Shown here piece by piece: positions 1 through 18,011 of a stretch of 64,000 bases of DNA. The notes beneath the pieces were generated by a model. It had not been told where the DNA came from. It ran no database searches and saw only the letters and a program-made list of their open reading frames with translations. How positions within the stretch are numbered: the first letter of the stretch is position 1; every line of letters starts with the position of its first letter. The position numbers were made by a program, and so were the translations under genes. Origin of the DNA: Eledone cirrhosa (lineage: Eukaryota); assembly GCA_964016885.1 (NCBI GenBank), contig OZ024742.1, positions 24,924,001 to 24,988,000 on the forward strand, given 5' to 3'.

Positions 1-3000
1 TGGCTGAACATACACATACACTCACACATTAACTGAACATACACATACACTCACACATGACTGAACATACACATACACTCACACACTGACTGAAACATAC
101 ACATACTCTCACACACTAACTGAACATACACATACACTCACACACTGACTGAAACATACACATACACTCACACACTAACTGAACATACACATACACTCAC
201 ACACTGACTGAACATACACATACACTCACACACTGACTGAACATACACATACACTCACACACTGACTGAACATACACATACACTCACACACTGACTGAAC
301 ATACACATACACTCACACACTGACTGAACATACACATACACTCACACAGTGACTGAAACATACACATACTCTCACACACTGACTGAACATACACATACAC
401 TCACACACTAACTGAACATACACATACACTCACACACTGACTGAACATACACATACACTCACACACTGACTGAACATACACATACACTCACACACTGACT
501 GAAACATACACATACACTCACACACTGACTGAACATACACATACACTCACACATTGACTGAACATACACATACTCTCACACACTGACTCAACATACACAA
601 ACACTCACACATTGACTGAACATACACATACACTCACACACTAACTGAACATACACATACACTCACACACTGACTGAACATACACATACACTCACACACT
701 AACTGAACATACACATACACTCACACACTGACTGAACATACACATACACTCATACACTGACTGAACATACACATACTCTCACACACTGACTCAACATACA
801 CAAACACTCACACATTGACTGAACATACACATACACTCACACACTAACTGAACATACACATACACTCACACACTGACTGAACATACACATACACTCACAC
901 ACTGACTGAACATACACATACACTCACACATTGCCTGAACATACACATACACTCACACACTGACTGAACATACACATACACTCACACACTGACTGAACAT
1001 ACACATACACTCACACACTGACTGAACATACATATACACTCACACACTGACTGAACATACACATACACTCACACACTGACTGAACATACATATACACTCA
1101 CACACTGACTGAACATACACATACACTCACACACTGACTGAACATACACATACACTCACACACTGACTGAAACATACACATACACTCACACACTGACTGA
1201 ACGTACACATACACTCACACACTGACTGAACATACACATACACTCACACACTGACTGAACATACATATACACTCACACACTGGCTGAACATACACATACA
1301 CTCACACATTAACTGAACATACACATACACTCACACATGACTGAACATACACATACACTCACACACTGACTGAAACATACACATACTCTCACACACTAAC
1401 TGAACATACACATACACTCACACACTGACTGAAACATACACATACACTCACACACTAACTGAACATACACATACACTCACACACTGACTGAACATACACA
1501 TACACTCACACACTGACTGAACATACACATACACTCACACACTGACTGAACATACACATACACTCACACACTGACTGAACATACACATACACTCACACAC
1601 TGACTGAACATACACATACACTCACACAGTGACTGAAACATACACATACTCTCACACACTGACTGAACATACACATACACTCACACACTAACTGAACATA
1701 CACATACACTCACACACTGACTGAACATACACATACACTCACACACTGACTGAACATACACATACACTCACACACTGACTGAAACATACACATACACTCA
1801 CACACTGACTGAACATACACATACACTCACACATTGACTGAACATACACATACTCTCACACACTGACTCAACATACACAAACACTCACACATTGACTGAA
1901 CATACACATACACTCACACACTAACTGAACATACACATACACTCACACACTGACTGAACATACACATACACTCACACACTAACTGAACATACACATACAC
2001 TCACACACTGACTGAACATACACATACACTCATACACTGACTGAACATACACATACTCTCACACACTGACTCAACATACACAAACACTCACACATTGACT
2101 GAACATACACATACACTCACACACTAACTGAACATACACATACACTCACACACTGACTGAACATACACATACACTCACACACTGACTGAACATACACATA
2201 CACTCACACATTGCCTGAACATACACATACACTCACACACTGACTGAACATACACATACACTCACACACTGACTGAACATACACATACACTCACACACTG
2301 ACTGAACATACACATACACTCACACACTGACTGAACATACACATACACTCACACACTGACTGAACATACACATACACTCACACACTGACTGAACATACAC
2401 ATACACTCACACACTGACTGAACATACACATACACTCACACACTGACTGAACATACACATACACTCACACACTGACTGAAACATACACATACTCTCACAC
2501 ACTGACTGAACATACACATACAGTCACACACTAACTGAACATACACATACACTCACACACTGAGTGAACATACACATACACTCACACACTGGCTGAACAT
2601 ACATATACACTCACACACTGACTGAACATGCACATACACTCACACACTGACTGAACATACATATACACTCACACACTGACTGAACATACACATACACTCA
2701 CACACTGACTGAACATACAGATACACTCACACATTAACTGAACATACACATACACTCACACATGACTGAACATACACATACACTCACACACTGACTGAAA
2801 CATACACATACTATCACACACTGACTGAACATACACATACACTCACACACTAACTGAACATACACATACACTCACACACTGACTGAACATACACATACAC
2901 TCACACACTGACTGAACATACACATACACTCACACACTAACTGAACATACACATACACTCACACACTGACTGAACATACACATACACTCACACACTGACT

Positions 3001-6000
3001 GAACATACACATACACTCACACATTGCCTGAACATACACATACACTCACACACTGACTGAACATACACATACACTCACACACTGACTGAACATACATATA
3101 CACTCACACACTGACTGAACATACACATACACTCACATACTGACTGAACATACACATACACTCACACACTGACTGAAACATACACATACACTCACACACT
3201 GACTGAACATACACATACACTCACACACTGACTGAACATACACATACACTCACACACTGACTGAACATACACATACACTCACACACTGACTGAACATACA
3301 TATACACTCACACACTGACTGAACATACACATACACTCACACACTGACTGAACATACACATACACTCACACATTAACTGAACATACACATACACTCACAC
3401 ATGACTGAATATACACATACACTCACACACTGACTGAAACATACACATACTCTCACACACTGACTGAACATACACATACACTCACACACTAACTGAACAT
3501 ACATATACACTCACACATTGCCTGAACATACACATACACCCACACACTGACTGAACATACACATACACTCACACACTGACTGAAACATACACATACACTC
3601 ACACACTGACTGAACATACACATACACTCACACACTGACTGAACATACACATACACTCACACACTGACTGAACATACTCATACACTCACACACTGACTGA
3701 ACATACACATACACTCACACACTGACTGAACATACACATACACTCACACACTGACTGAACATACACATACACTCATACACTGACTGAACATACACATACA
3801 CTCATACACTGACTGAACATACACATACACTCACACATTAACTGAACATACACATACACTCACACACTGACTGAACATACACATACACTCATACACTGAC
3901 TGAACATACACATACACTCACACATTAACTGAACATACACATACACTCACACACTGACTGAACATACACATACACTCATACACTGACTGAACATACACAT
4001 ACACTCACACACTGACTGAACATACACATACTCTCACACACTGACTGAACATACACATACACTAACACACTGACTGAACATACACATACACTCACACACT
4101 GACTGACCATACACATACACTCACACATTGACTGAACATACAAATACACTCACACACTGACTGAACATACACATACACTCACACATTGACTGAACATACA
4201 CATACACTCACACACTGACTGAACATACACATACACTCACACACTGACTGAACATACACAAACACTCACACATGACTGAACATACACATACACTCACACA
4301 CTGACTGAACATACACATACACTCACACACTGGCGGAAACATACACATACACTCACACACTGACTGAACATACACATACACTCACACACTGACTGAACAT
4401 ACACATACACTCACACACTGACTGAACATACTCATACACTCACACACTGACTGAACATACACATACACTCACACACTGACTGAACATACACATACACTCA
4501 CACACTGACTGAACATACACATACACTCACACACTGACTGACCATACACATACACTCACACACTGACTGAACATACACATACACTCACACATTGACTGAA
4601 CAAACACATACACTCACACACTGACTGAACATACACATACACTCACACACTGACTGAACATACACATACACTCACACACTGACTGAACATACACATACAC
4701 TCACACACTGACTGAAACATACACATACTCTCACACACTGACTGAACATACACATACAGTCACACACTAACTGAACATACACATACACTCACACACTGAG
4801 TGAACATACACATACACTCACACACTGGCTGAACATACATATACACTCACACACTGACTGAACATGCACATACACTCACACACTGACTGAACATACATAT
4901 ACACTCACACACTGACTGAACATACACATACACTCACACACTGACTGAACATACAGATACACTCACACATTAACTGAACATACACATACACTCACACATG
5001 ACTGAACATACACATACACTCACACACTGACTGAAACATACACATACTATCACACACTGACTGAACATACACATACACTCACACACTAACTGAACATACA
5101 CATACACTCACACACTGACTGAACATACACATACACTCACACACTGACTGAACATACACATACACTCAGACACTAACTGAACATACACATACACTCACAC
5201 ACTGACTGAACATACACATACACTCACACACTGACTGAACATACACATACACTCACACATTGCCTGAACATACACATACACTCACACACTGACTGAACAT
5301 ACACATACACTCACACACTGACTGAACATACATATACACTCACACACTGACTGAACATACACATACACTCACATACTGACTGAACATACACATACACTCA
5401 CACACTGACTGAAACATACACATACACTCACACACTGACTGAACATACACATACACTCACACACTGACTGAACATACACATACACTCACACACTGACTGA
5501 ACATACACATACACTCACACACTGACTGAACATACATATACACTCACACACTGACTGAACATACACATACACTCACACACTGACTGAACATACACATACA
5601 CTCACACATTAACTGAACATACACATACACTCACACATGACTGAATATACACATACACTCACACACTGACTGAAACATACACATACTCTCACACACTGAC
5701 TGAACATACACATACACTCACACACTAACTGAACATACATATACACTCACACATTGCCTGAACATACACATACACCCACACACTGACTGAACATACACAT
5801 ACACTCACACACTGACTGAAACATACACATACACTCACACACTGACTGAACATACACATACACTCACACACTGACTGAACATACACATACACTCACACAC
5901 TGACTGAACATACATATACACTCACACATTGACTGAAACATACACATACACTCACACACTGACTGAACATACACATACACTCACACACTGACTGAACATA

Positions 6001-9000
6001 CACATACACTCACACACTGACTGAACATACACATACACTCACACACTGACTGAATCATACACATACACTCACACACTGACTGAACATACACATACACTCA
6101 CACATTGACTGAACATACACATACACTCACACACTAACTGAACATACACATACACTCACACACTGACTGAACATACACATACACTCACACACTGACTGAA
6201 CATACACATACACTCACACATTGCCTGAACATACACATACACTCACACACTGACTGAACATACACATACACTCACACACTGACTGAACATACACATACAC
6301 TCACACACTGACTGAACATACATATACACTCACACACTGACTGAACATACACATACACTCACACACTGACTGAACATACACATACACTCACACACTGACT
6401 GAACATACACATACACTCACACACTGACTGAACATACACATACACTCACACACTGACTGAACATACATATACACTCACACACTGACTGAACATACACATA
6501 CACTCACACACTGACTGAACATACACATACACTCACACACTGACTGAAACATACACATACACTCACACACTGACTGAACGTACACATACACTCACACACT
6601 GACTGAACATACACATACACTCACACACTGACTGAACATACATATACACTCACACACTGGCTGAACATACACATACACTCACACATTAACTGAACATACA
6701 CATACACTCACACATGACTGAACATACACATACACTCACACACTGACTGAAACATACACATACTCTCACACACTAACTGAACATACACATACACTCACAC
6801 ACTGACTGAAACATACACATACACTCACACACTAACTGAACATACACATACACTCACACACTGACTGAACATACACATACACTCACACACTGACTGAACA
6901 TACACATACACTCACACACTGACTGAACATACACATACACTCACACACTGACTGAACATACACATACACTCACACACTGACTGAACATACACATACACTC
7001 ACACAGTGACTGAAACATACACATACTCTCACACACTGACTGAACATACACATACACTCACACACTAACTGAACATACACATACACTCACACACTGACTG
7101 AACATACACATACACTCACACACTGACTGAACATACACATACACTCACACACTGACTGAAACATACACATACACTCACACACTGACTGAACATACACATA
7201 CACTCACACATTGACTGAACATACACATACTCTCACACACTGACTCAACATACACAAACACTCACACATTGACTGAACATACACATACACTCACACACTA
7301 ACTGAACATACACATACACTCACACACTGACTGAACATACACATACACTCACACACTAACTGAACATACACATACACTCACACACTGACTGAACATACAC
7401 ATACACTCATACACTGACTGAACATACACATACTCTCACACACTGACTCAACATACACAAACACTCACACATTGACTGAACATACACATACACTCACACA
7501 CTAACTGAACATACACATACACTCACACACTGACTGAACATACACATACACTCACACACTGACTGAACATACACATACACTCACACATTGCCTGAACATA
7601 CACATACACTCACACACTGACTGAACATACACATACACTCACACACTGACTGAACATACACATACACTCACACACTGACTGAACATACATATACACTCAC
7701 ACACTGACTGAACATACACATACACTCACACACTGACTGAACATACATATACACTCACACACTGACTGAACATACACATACACTCACACACTGACTGAAC
7801 ATACACATACACTCACACACTGACTGAAACATACACATACACTCACACACTGACTGAACGTACACATACACTCACACACTGACTGAACATACACATACAC
7901 TCACACACTGACTGAACATACATATACACTCACACACTGGCTGAACATACACATACACTCACACATTAACTGAACATACACATACACTCACACATGACTG
8001 AACATACACATACACTCACACACTGACTGAAACATACACATACTCTCACACACTAACTGAACATACACATACACTCACACACTGACTGAAACATACACAT
8101 ACACTCACACACTAACTGAACATACACATACACTCACACACTGACTGAACATACACATACACTCACACACTGACTGAACATACACATACACTCACACACT
8201 GACTGAACATACACATACACTCACACACTGACTGAACATACACATACACTCACACACTGACTGAACATACACATACACTCACACAGTGACTGAAACATAC
8301 ACATACTCTCACACACTGACTGAACATACACATACACTCACACACTAACTGAACATACACATACACTCACACACTGACTGAACATACACATACACTCACA
8401 CACTGACTGAACATACACATACACTCACACACTGACTGAAACATACACATACACTCACACACTGACTGAACATACACATACACTCACACATTGACTGAAC
8501 ATACACATACTCTCACACACTGACTCAACATACACAAACACTCACACATTGACTGAACATACACATACACTCACACACTAACTGAACATACACATACACT
8601 CACACACTGACTGAACATACACATACACTCACACACTAACTGAACATACACATACACTCACACACTGACTGAACATACACATACACTCATACACTGACTG
8701 AACATACACATACTCTCACACACTGACTCAACATACACAAACACTCACACATTGACTGAACATACACATACACTCACACACTAACTGAACATACACATAC
8801 ACTCACACACTGACTGAACATACACATACACTCACACACTGACTGAACATACACATACACTCACACATTGCCTGAACATACACATACACTCACACACTGA
8901 CTGAACATACACATACACTCACACACTGACTGAACATACACATACACTCACACACTGACTGAACATACATATACACTCACACACTGACTGAACATACACA

Positions 9001-12000
9001 TACACTCACACACTGACTGAACATACACATACACTCACACACTGACTGAACATACACATACACTCACACACTGACTGAACATACACATACACTCACACAC
9101 TGACTGAACATACACATACACTCACACACTGACTGAACATACACATACACTCACACACTGACTGAAACATACACATACTCTCACACACTGACTGAACATA
9201 CACATACAGTCACACACTAACTGAACATACACATACACTCACACACTGAGTGAACATACACATACACTCACACACTGGCTGAACATACATATACACTCAC
9301 ACACTGACTGAACATGCACATACACTCACACACTGACTGAACATACATATACACTCACACACTGACTGAACATACACATACACTCACACACTGACTGAAC
9401 ATACAGATACACTCACACATTAACTGAACATACACATACACTCACACATGACTGAACATACACATACACTCACACACTGACTGAAACATACACATACTAT
9501 CACACACTGACTGAACATACACATACACTCACACACTAACTGAACATACACATACACTCACACACTGACTGAACATACACATACACTCACACACTGACTG
9601 AACATACACATACACTCACACACTAACTGAACATACACATACACTCACACACTGACTGAACATACACATACACTCACACACTGACTGAACATACACATAC
9701 ACTCACACATTGCCTGAACATACACATACACTCACACACTGACTGAACATACACATACACTCACACACTGACTGAACATACATATACACTCACACACTGA
9801 CTGAACATACACATACACTCACATACTGACTGAACATACACATACACTCACACACTGACTGAAACATACACATACACTCACACACTGACTGAACATACAC
9901 ATACACTCACACACTGACTGAACATACACATACACTCACACACTGACTGAACATACACATACACTCACACACTGACTGAACATACATATACACTCACACA
10001 CTGACTGAACATACACATACACTCACACACTGACTGAACATACACATACACTCACACATTAACTGAACATACACATACACTCACACATGACTGAATATAC
10101 ACATACACTCACACACTGACTGAAACATACACATACTCTCACACACTGACTGAACATACACATACACTCACACACTAACTGAACATACATATACACTCAC
10201 ACATTGCCTGAACATACACATACACCCACACACTGACTGAACATACACATACACTCACACACTGACTGAAACATACACATACACTCACACACTGACTGAA
10301 CATACACATACACTCACACACTGACTGAACATACACATACACTCACACACTGACTGAACATACATATACACTCACACATTGACTGAAACATACACATACA
10401 CTCACACACTGACTGAACATACACATACACTCACACACTGACTGAACATACACATACACTCACACACTGACTGAACATACACATACACTCACACACTGAC
10501 TGAATCATACACATACACTCACACACTGACTGAACATACACATACACTCACACATTGACTGAACATACACATACACTCACACACTAACTGAACATACACA
10601 TACACTCACACACTGACTGAACATACACATACACTCACACACTGACTGAACATACACATACACTCACACATTGCCTGAACATACACATACACTCACACAC
10701 TGACTGAACATACACATACACTCACACACTGACTGAACATACACATACACTCACACACTGACTGAACATACATATACACTCACACACTGACTGAACATAC
10801 ACATACACTCACACACTGACTGAACATACACATACACTCACACACTGACTGAACATACACATACACTCACACACTGACTGAACATACACATACACTCACA
10901 CACTGACTGAACATACATATACACTCACACACTGACTGAACATACACATACACTCACACACTGACTGAACATACACATACACTCACACACTGACTGAAAC
11001 ATACACATACACTCACACACTGACTGAACGTACACATACACTCACACACTGACTGAACATACACATACACTCACACACTGACTGAACATACATATACACT
11101 CACACACTGGCTGAACATACACATACACTCACACATTAACTGAACATACACATACACTCACACATGACTGAACATACACATACACTCACACACTGACTGA
11201 AACATACACATACTCTCACACACTAACTGAACATACACATACACTCACACACTGACTGAAACATACACATACACTCACACACTAACTGAACATACACATA
11301 CACTCACACACTGACTGAACATACACATACACTCACACACTGACTGAACATACACATACACTCACACACTGACTGAACATACACATACACTCACACACTG
11401 ACTGAACATACACATACACTCACACACTGACTGAACATACACATTCACTCACACAGTGACTGAAACATACACATACTCTCACACACTGACTGAACATACA
11501 CATACACTCACACACTAACTGAACATACACATACACTCACACACTGACTGAACATACACATACACTCACACACTGACTGAACATACACATACACTCACAC
11601 ACTGACTGAAACATACACATACACTCACACACTGACTGAACATACACATACACTCACACATTGACTGAACATACACATACTCTCACACACTGACTCAACA
11701 TACACAAACACTCACACATTGACTGAACATACACATACACTCACACACTAACTGAACATACACATACACTCACACACTGACTGAACATACACATACACTC
11801 ACACACTAACTGAACATACACATACACTCACACACTGACTGAACATACACATACACTCATACACTGACTGAACATACACATACTCTCACACACTGACTCA
11901 ACATACACAAACACTCACACATTGACTGAACATACACATACACTCACACACTAACTGAACATACACATACACTCACACACTGACTGAACATACACATACA

Positions 12001-15000
12001 CTCACACACTGACTGAACATACACATACACTCACACATTGCCTGAACATACACATACACTCACACACTGACTGAACATACACATACACTCACACACTGAC
12101 TGAACATACACATACACTCACACACTGACTGAACATACATATACACTCACACACTGACTGAACATACACATACACTCACACACTGACTGAACATACACAT
12201 ACACTCACACACTGACTGAACATACACATACACTCACACACTGACTGAACATACACATACACTCACACACTGACTGAACATACACATACACTCACACACT
12301 GACTGAACATACACATACACTCACACACTGACTGAACATACACATACACTCACACACTGACTGAACATACACATACACTCACACACTGACTGAACATACA
12401 CATACACTCACACACTGACTGAACATACATATACACTCACACACTGACTGAACATACACATACACTCACACACTGACTGAACATACACATACACTCACAC
12501 ACTGACTGAAACATACACATACACTCACACACTGACTGAACGTACACATACACTCACACACTGACTGAACATACACATACACTCACACACTGACTGAACA
12601 TACATATACACTCACACACTGGCTGAACATACACATACACTCACACATTAACTGAACATACACATACACTCACACATGACTGAACATACCCATACACTCA
12701 CACACTGACTGAAACATACACATACTCTCACACACTAACTGAACATACACATACACTCACACACTGACTGAAACATACACATACACTCACACACTAACTG
12801 AACATACACATACACTCACACACTGACTGAACATACACATACACTCACACACTGACTGAACATACACATACACTCACACACTGACTGAACATACACATAC
12901 ACTCACACACTGACTGAACATACACATACACTCACACACTGACTGAACATACACATACACTCACACACTGACTGAAACATACACATACTCTCACACACTG
13001 ACTGAACATACACATACACTCACACACTAACTGAACATACACATACACTCACACACTGAGTGAACATACACATACACTCACACACTGGCTGAACATACAT
13101 ATACACTCACACACTGACTGAACATACACATACACTCACACACTGACTGAACATACACATACACTCACACATTGCCTGAACATACACATACACTCACACA
13201 CTGACTGAAACATACACATACTCTCACACACTGACTGAACATACACATACTCTCACACACTGACTGAACATACACATACACTCACACACTAACTGAACAT
13301 ACACATACACTCACTCACTGACTGAACATACACATACACTCACACACTAACTGAACATACACATACACTCACACACTGACTGAACATACACATACACTCA
13401 CACACTGACTGAACATACATATACACTCACACACTGACTGAACATACACATACACTCACACACTGACTGAACATACAGATACACTCACACATTAACTGAA
13501 CATACACATACACTCACACATGACTGAACATACACATACACTCACACACTGACTGAAACATACACATACTCTCACACACTGACTGAACATACACATACAC
13601 TCACACACTAACTGAACATACACATACACTCACACACTGACTGAACATACACATACACTCACACACTGACTGAACATACACATACACTCACACACTGGCT
13701 GAACATACATATACACTCACACACTGACTGAACATACACATACACTCACACACTGACTGAACATACACATACACTCACACACTGACTGAACATACACATA
13801 CACTCACGCACTGACTGAACATACACATACACTCACACACTGACTGAACATACACATACACTCACACATTGACTGAACATACACATACCCTCACACACTA
13901 ACTGAACATACACATACACTCACACATTGACTGAACATACACATACACTCACACACTGACTGAACATACACATACACTCACACATTGACTGAACATACAC
14001 ATACACTCACACACTGACTGAACATACACATACACTCACACACTGACTGAACATACACATACACTCACACACTAACTGAACATACACATACACTCACACA
14101 CTGACTGAACATACACATACACTCACACACTGACTGAACATACACATACACTCACACATTGCCTGAACATACACATACACTCACACACTGACTGAACATA
14201 CACATACACTCACACACTGACTGAAACATACACATACACTCACACACTGACTGAACATACACATACACTCACACATTGACTGAACATACACATACACTCA
14301 CACACTGCCTGAACATACACATACACTCACACAATGACTGAACATACACATACACTCACACATTGACTGAACATACACATACACTCACACACTGACTGAA
14401 CATACACATACACTCACACACTGACTGAACATACATATACACTCACGCACTGACTGAATATACACATACACTCACACACTGACTGAACATACACATACAC
14501 TCACACATTGACTGAACATACACATACACTCACACACTGACTGAAACATGCACATACACTCACACACTGACTGAACATACACATACACTCACACACTAAC
14601 TGAACATACACATACACTCACACACTGACTGAACATACACATACAATCACACACTGACTGAACATACACATACACTCACACACTGACAGAACTTACACAT
14701 ACACTCACGCACTGACTGAACATACACATACACTCACACACTGACTGAACATACACATACACTCACACATTGACTGAACATACACATACACTCACACACT
14801 GACTGAACATACACATACACTCACACACTGACTGAACATACATATACACTCACGCACTGACTGAATATACACATACACTCACACACTGACTGAACATACA
14901 CATACACTCACACATTGACTGAACATACACATACACTCACACACTGACTGAAACATACACATACACTCACACACTGACTGAACATACACATACACTCACA

Positions 15001-15416
15001 CACTAACTGAACATACACATACACTCACACACTGACTGAAAATACACATACACTCACACACTGACTGAACATACACATACACTCACACACTGACAGAACT
15101 TACACATACACTCACGCACTGACTGAACATACACATACACTCACACACTGACTGAACATACACATACACTCACACATTGACTGAACATACACATACCCTC
15201 ACACACTAACTGAACATACACATACACTCACACACTGGTTGAACATACACATACACTCACACACTGACTGAACATACACATACACTCACACACTGACTGA
15301 ACATACACATACACTCACACACTGACTGAACATACACATACACTCACACACTGACTGAACATACACATACACTCACACACTGACTGAACATACACATACA
15401 CTCACACACTGGCTGA
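1..15416. repeat. 29-bp minisatellite/satellite array (CTGACTGAACATACACATACACTCACACA)n, ~530 units, runs off the left edge
   Basis: Directly visible 29-nt period with recurrent variants (CTAAC, TTGAC, GAAAC +1 A, CATGAC -1); array ends at ...CACACTGGCTGA near 15416. Confidence 0.98.
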
Positions 15417-15449
15417 TACTTCTTGTGAAACTGGAAGGGAAAAAATGTA

Positions 15450-15720
15450 TTTCATCATCAACATAATCATCATAGGTCTGTTCTCCATGCTGGCATGGGT
15501 TGGATTGGTCGTTACAATCTGGGACCACGCAGATCAGAACCCATCTAGCAATAAGTTCCATATTTGAGATGGTTTCTATGGCTTCCAAGGTGTACTGGAT
15601 ATGTTTTTTTATGGCACTACCACTATCACTTTACAGAGTGTATCTGGTGTAATTTTCCATGGCACCAACATTAACATTTTATAGGGTATACTGAGTGCAT
15701 TTTATGTGACATCAACGCTA
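15450..15720 (-). mobile_element. SINE-like element with RTE-type 3' tail (family C), degenerate
   Basis: ATCATCAT...CCATGCTGGCATGGGTTGGA tail plus internal ~48-bp CACTTTACAGAGTG..CTGG units like 32425-33010. Confidence 0.6.
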
Positions 15721-15854
15721 GAAAGGATGCTATGAGCTCATCCAGATTGAAAGGTCCACTCAAACCTTATATTGTCTCCATTTGATTGCCAGCAGTGTAG
15801 CTTGTGGCTACTCAATAGATTTACTGTAGTGTTGTAGTGCTTGTGAACTGAAGC

Positions 15855-16150
15855 GGCATGGCTTAGTGGTTAGAGTGTTGGGCTTACAATTGTCAGGTTT
15901 GATTCCTGGACCTGGTGGTATGTTGTTTCCTTGAGTATGACATTTTATTTCATATTACTGCAGTTTACACAGCTGTAGAAATAAGTTGTGACATCACTGA
16001 GGCCAAGTTGCATCAACCTAAGCCTTTCTCTTGAACAATATCAGTGGTATGGAGATGGAAGGCTGGAATGAATGGGTGACTGCTGACTTTTGCCACGGAG
16101 GGGAGCTTTCTAGATGCAAAGTTCATGGTCATTTGTGACCGAAGGGAGTC
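15855..16150 (+). mobile_element. tRNA-derived SINE, family B (CORE-like central motif)
   Basis: A-box-like TGGCTTAGTGGTTAGAG, B-box-like GGTTTGATTCCTGG, then TCCTTGAGTATGACATTTTATTTCA; homologous to 29470, 42255 and 52056. Confidence 0.65.
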
Positions 16151-17864
16151 TCTTCCTCTATCATGTTGCTTGTACAGGTGGACAGATTTTTTGGGTATTA
16201 TGGCACATCACCAGTAAGGATGGTCCTGTGCCATCTCCTTCATAAGCTTTAGTTTCTGGTGCACTGGATGCATTTTGTTAAATCACCAATTTTAACACAT
16301 TGCAGAGTGTACTGGGTTCATTCCATCGTGGCACCAGAACTGTTTTAAAGTAAAATTCAGTACAGTAATGTAGTAATGTATCTTGCCCAAGGACGTAATG
16401 AAAATGTTTCAAAATAAAATCTAAATTTGACCAATTGACCTTACAATTAAGATTTAATGTGAGAAATGTTTTTAATTACATTCCATTGCAATTACTCCAC
16501 AAGGAATTCTAGAAAATTCTTCAAAATGTTATTTCATCTCTTATTATTATAGCATCTCTACCCCATTTAACCCACACCACTTATCACTTCTTAGTAGACA
16601 TGCATTAATATTTAAAAGGTGATGTTTGGAACAAGAATTAGAACATAATTCTTGTAGATTTTCTTTGTAAATCCCTAATTGAATAAACTTCAATAAGAAA
16701 GCAACAAATATAGCAATAAAAATAGTGACGAACAGAAAATATATACATAAAAGTTGGAAGAAAAAAAATTGTTTAAAAGCATTTATTTTGTTGTCAACCA
16801 AAACATTTTAGCCATCAAGACATCGGAAGAAAGTAAGCCAAAATTCTAATGTGCCACAATAATCCATGTAGTAAACAAAGTCTTGGAGAGAAAGTAAAAT
16901 GAAAAAATATCAAATTCTTTAATCTTATAATCTTCAATGAGACTTTCAGAAGAAATTCAAAAAGTAATTTTAAGAAAAATAGAAAAAAATTACACAAAAA
17001 CACTCCTTATAACGAAGATATTAAGCAACAACAACAATTATTATTATTACATTATCATTATTATTGTTGTTATTATTGTTATTATTGCTGTTGTTGTTGT
17101 TGTTATTGTAGAAATGAATTTTAAAACAAAGTTATGTTTTTACTTTGCAACATCTCAAAGTAAAATATTTCTTCTAAGTTGATTAGAAGTCTGTGAAGTA
17201 ATCTTTGTAAAATTCTTCGAAAATCGGTAAATTTTATAAGAGAAACATTTCCTCTGTAGCTGCTCATAGAAGTATTGAGATGGTAATATATTATTATGTA
17301 TCTGTAGGGAGAGACCTAGGTCATCATAGCCTTTCATTGTTTCAAGGTCGATAAAAACCTACCAGTCTAGTACTGGGGACACATCTTTCATATGTTCCTC
17401 ACTTATTCTCTCTTACTTTCTGTCCTACTCTGGAAGAAATCTGCTGTGGTCAGGCCTGGAGAAGAATGGGCTCTGCCAGGCTTAAAAGGCCCTAGAAATA
17501 CTGTATACCACAACAGCACCCCTATGACTCCAGGACGAGTTATAGGATCATACAATAGAGAGAAGACTTTTTAGTTTTTGGTCAGAAATAGGAAGGACAT
17601 TCATCATTAGAAAAACTTGCCAAACAAATGTTAGAGATGACTCATAAGTTGTGTCAAGGACATAAGTGTTTCTCTGAAATGCTGGGACCAGAGTAAAATG
17701 CATAGTGCACTCTGCAGAGTGTGGGAACGTATGTAAATTAAATGGATACCCTGGCCTGTCTGAGAAATCTGTGGCTCTGAATAAGCACTGACTTGGTCGG
17801 TGGTAACCCATCCAACCCTTGCCAGCAAGGAAATTGACTTTAAAGGAAGATAATAAATATATTT

Positions 17865-17921
17865 ATATATATATATATATATATAAGAGTGGAAAATGAA
17901 ATTTCTTTCATTTTTTCCGTT

Positions 17922-18010
<89 letters not shown>
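17865..18010. repeat. (TA)n and (TG)n microsatellites
   Basis: Pure (TG)~35 at 17940-18010 preceded by TA runs. Confidence 0.95.

Positions 18011-18011
<1 letters not shown>

Noticed and set aside
1-15416. Satellite as a CRISPR array, telomeric repeat or repetitive protein gene
   Set aside because: No unique spacers, no TTAGGG-type unit, and a 29-nt period with stops gives no long ORF in the track.
1-15416. TGACTGA/TGACTCA as an AP-1 site array
   Set aside because: The consensus is one mismatch off and the perfect site occurs only in a rare variant; no supporting evidence.
17121-17301. Minus-strand candidate exon after CTCTCCCTACAG (YIIIYYHLNTSMSSYRGNVSLIKFTDF...)
   Set aside because: The acceptor abuts a SINE remnant, the peptide is unrecognised, and a ~60-codon open frame can arise by chance.
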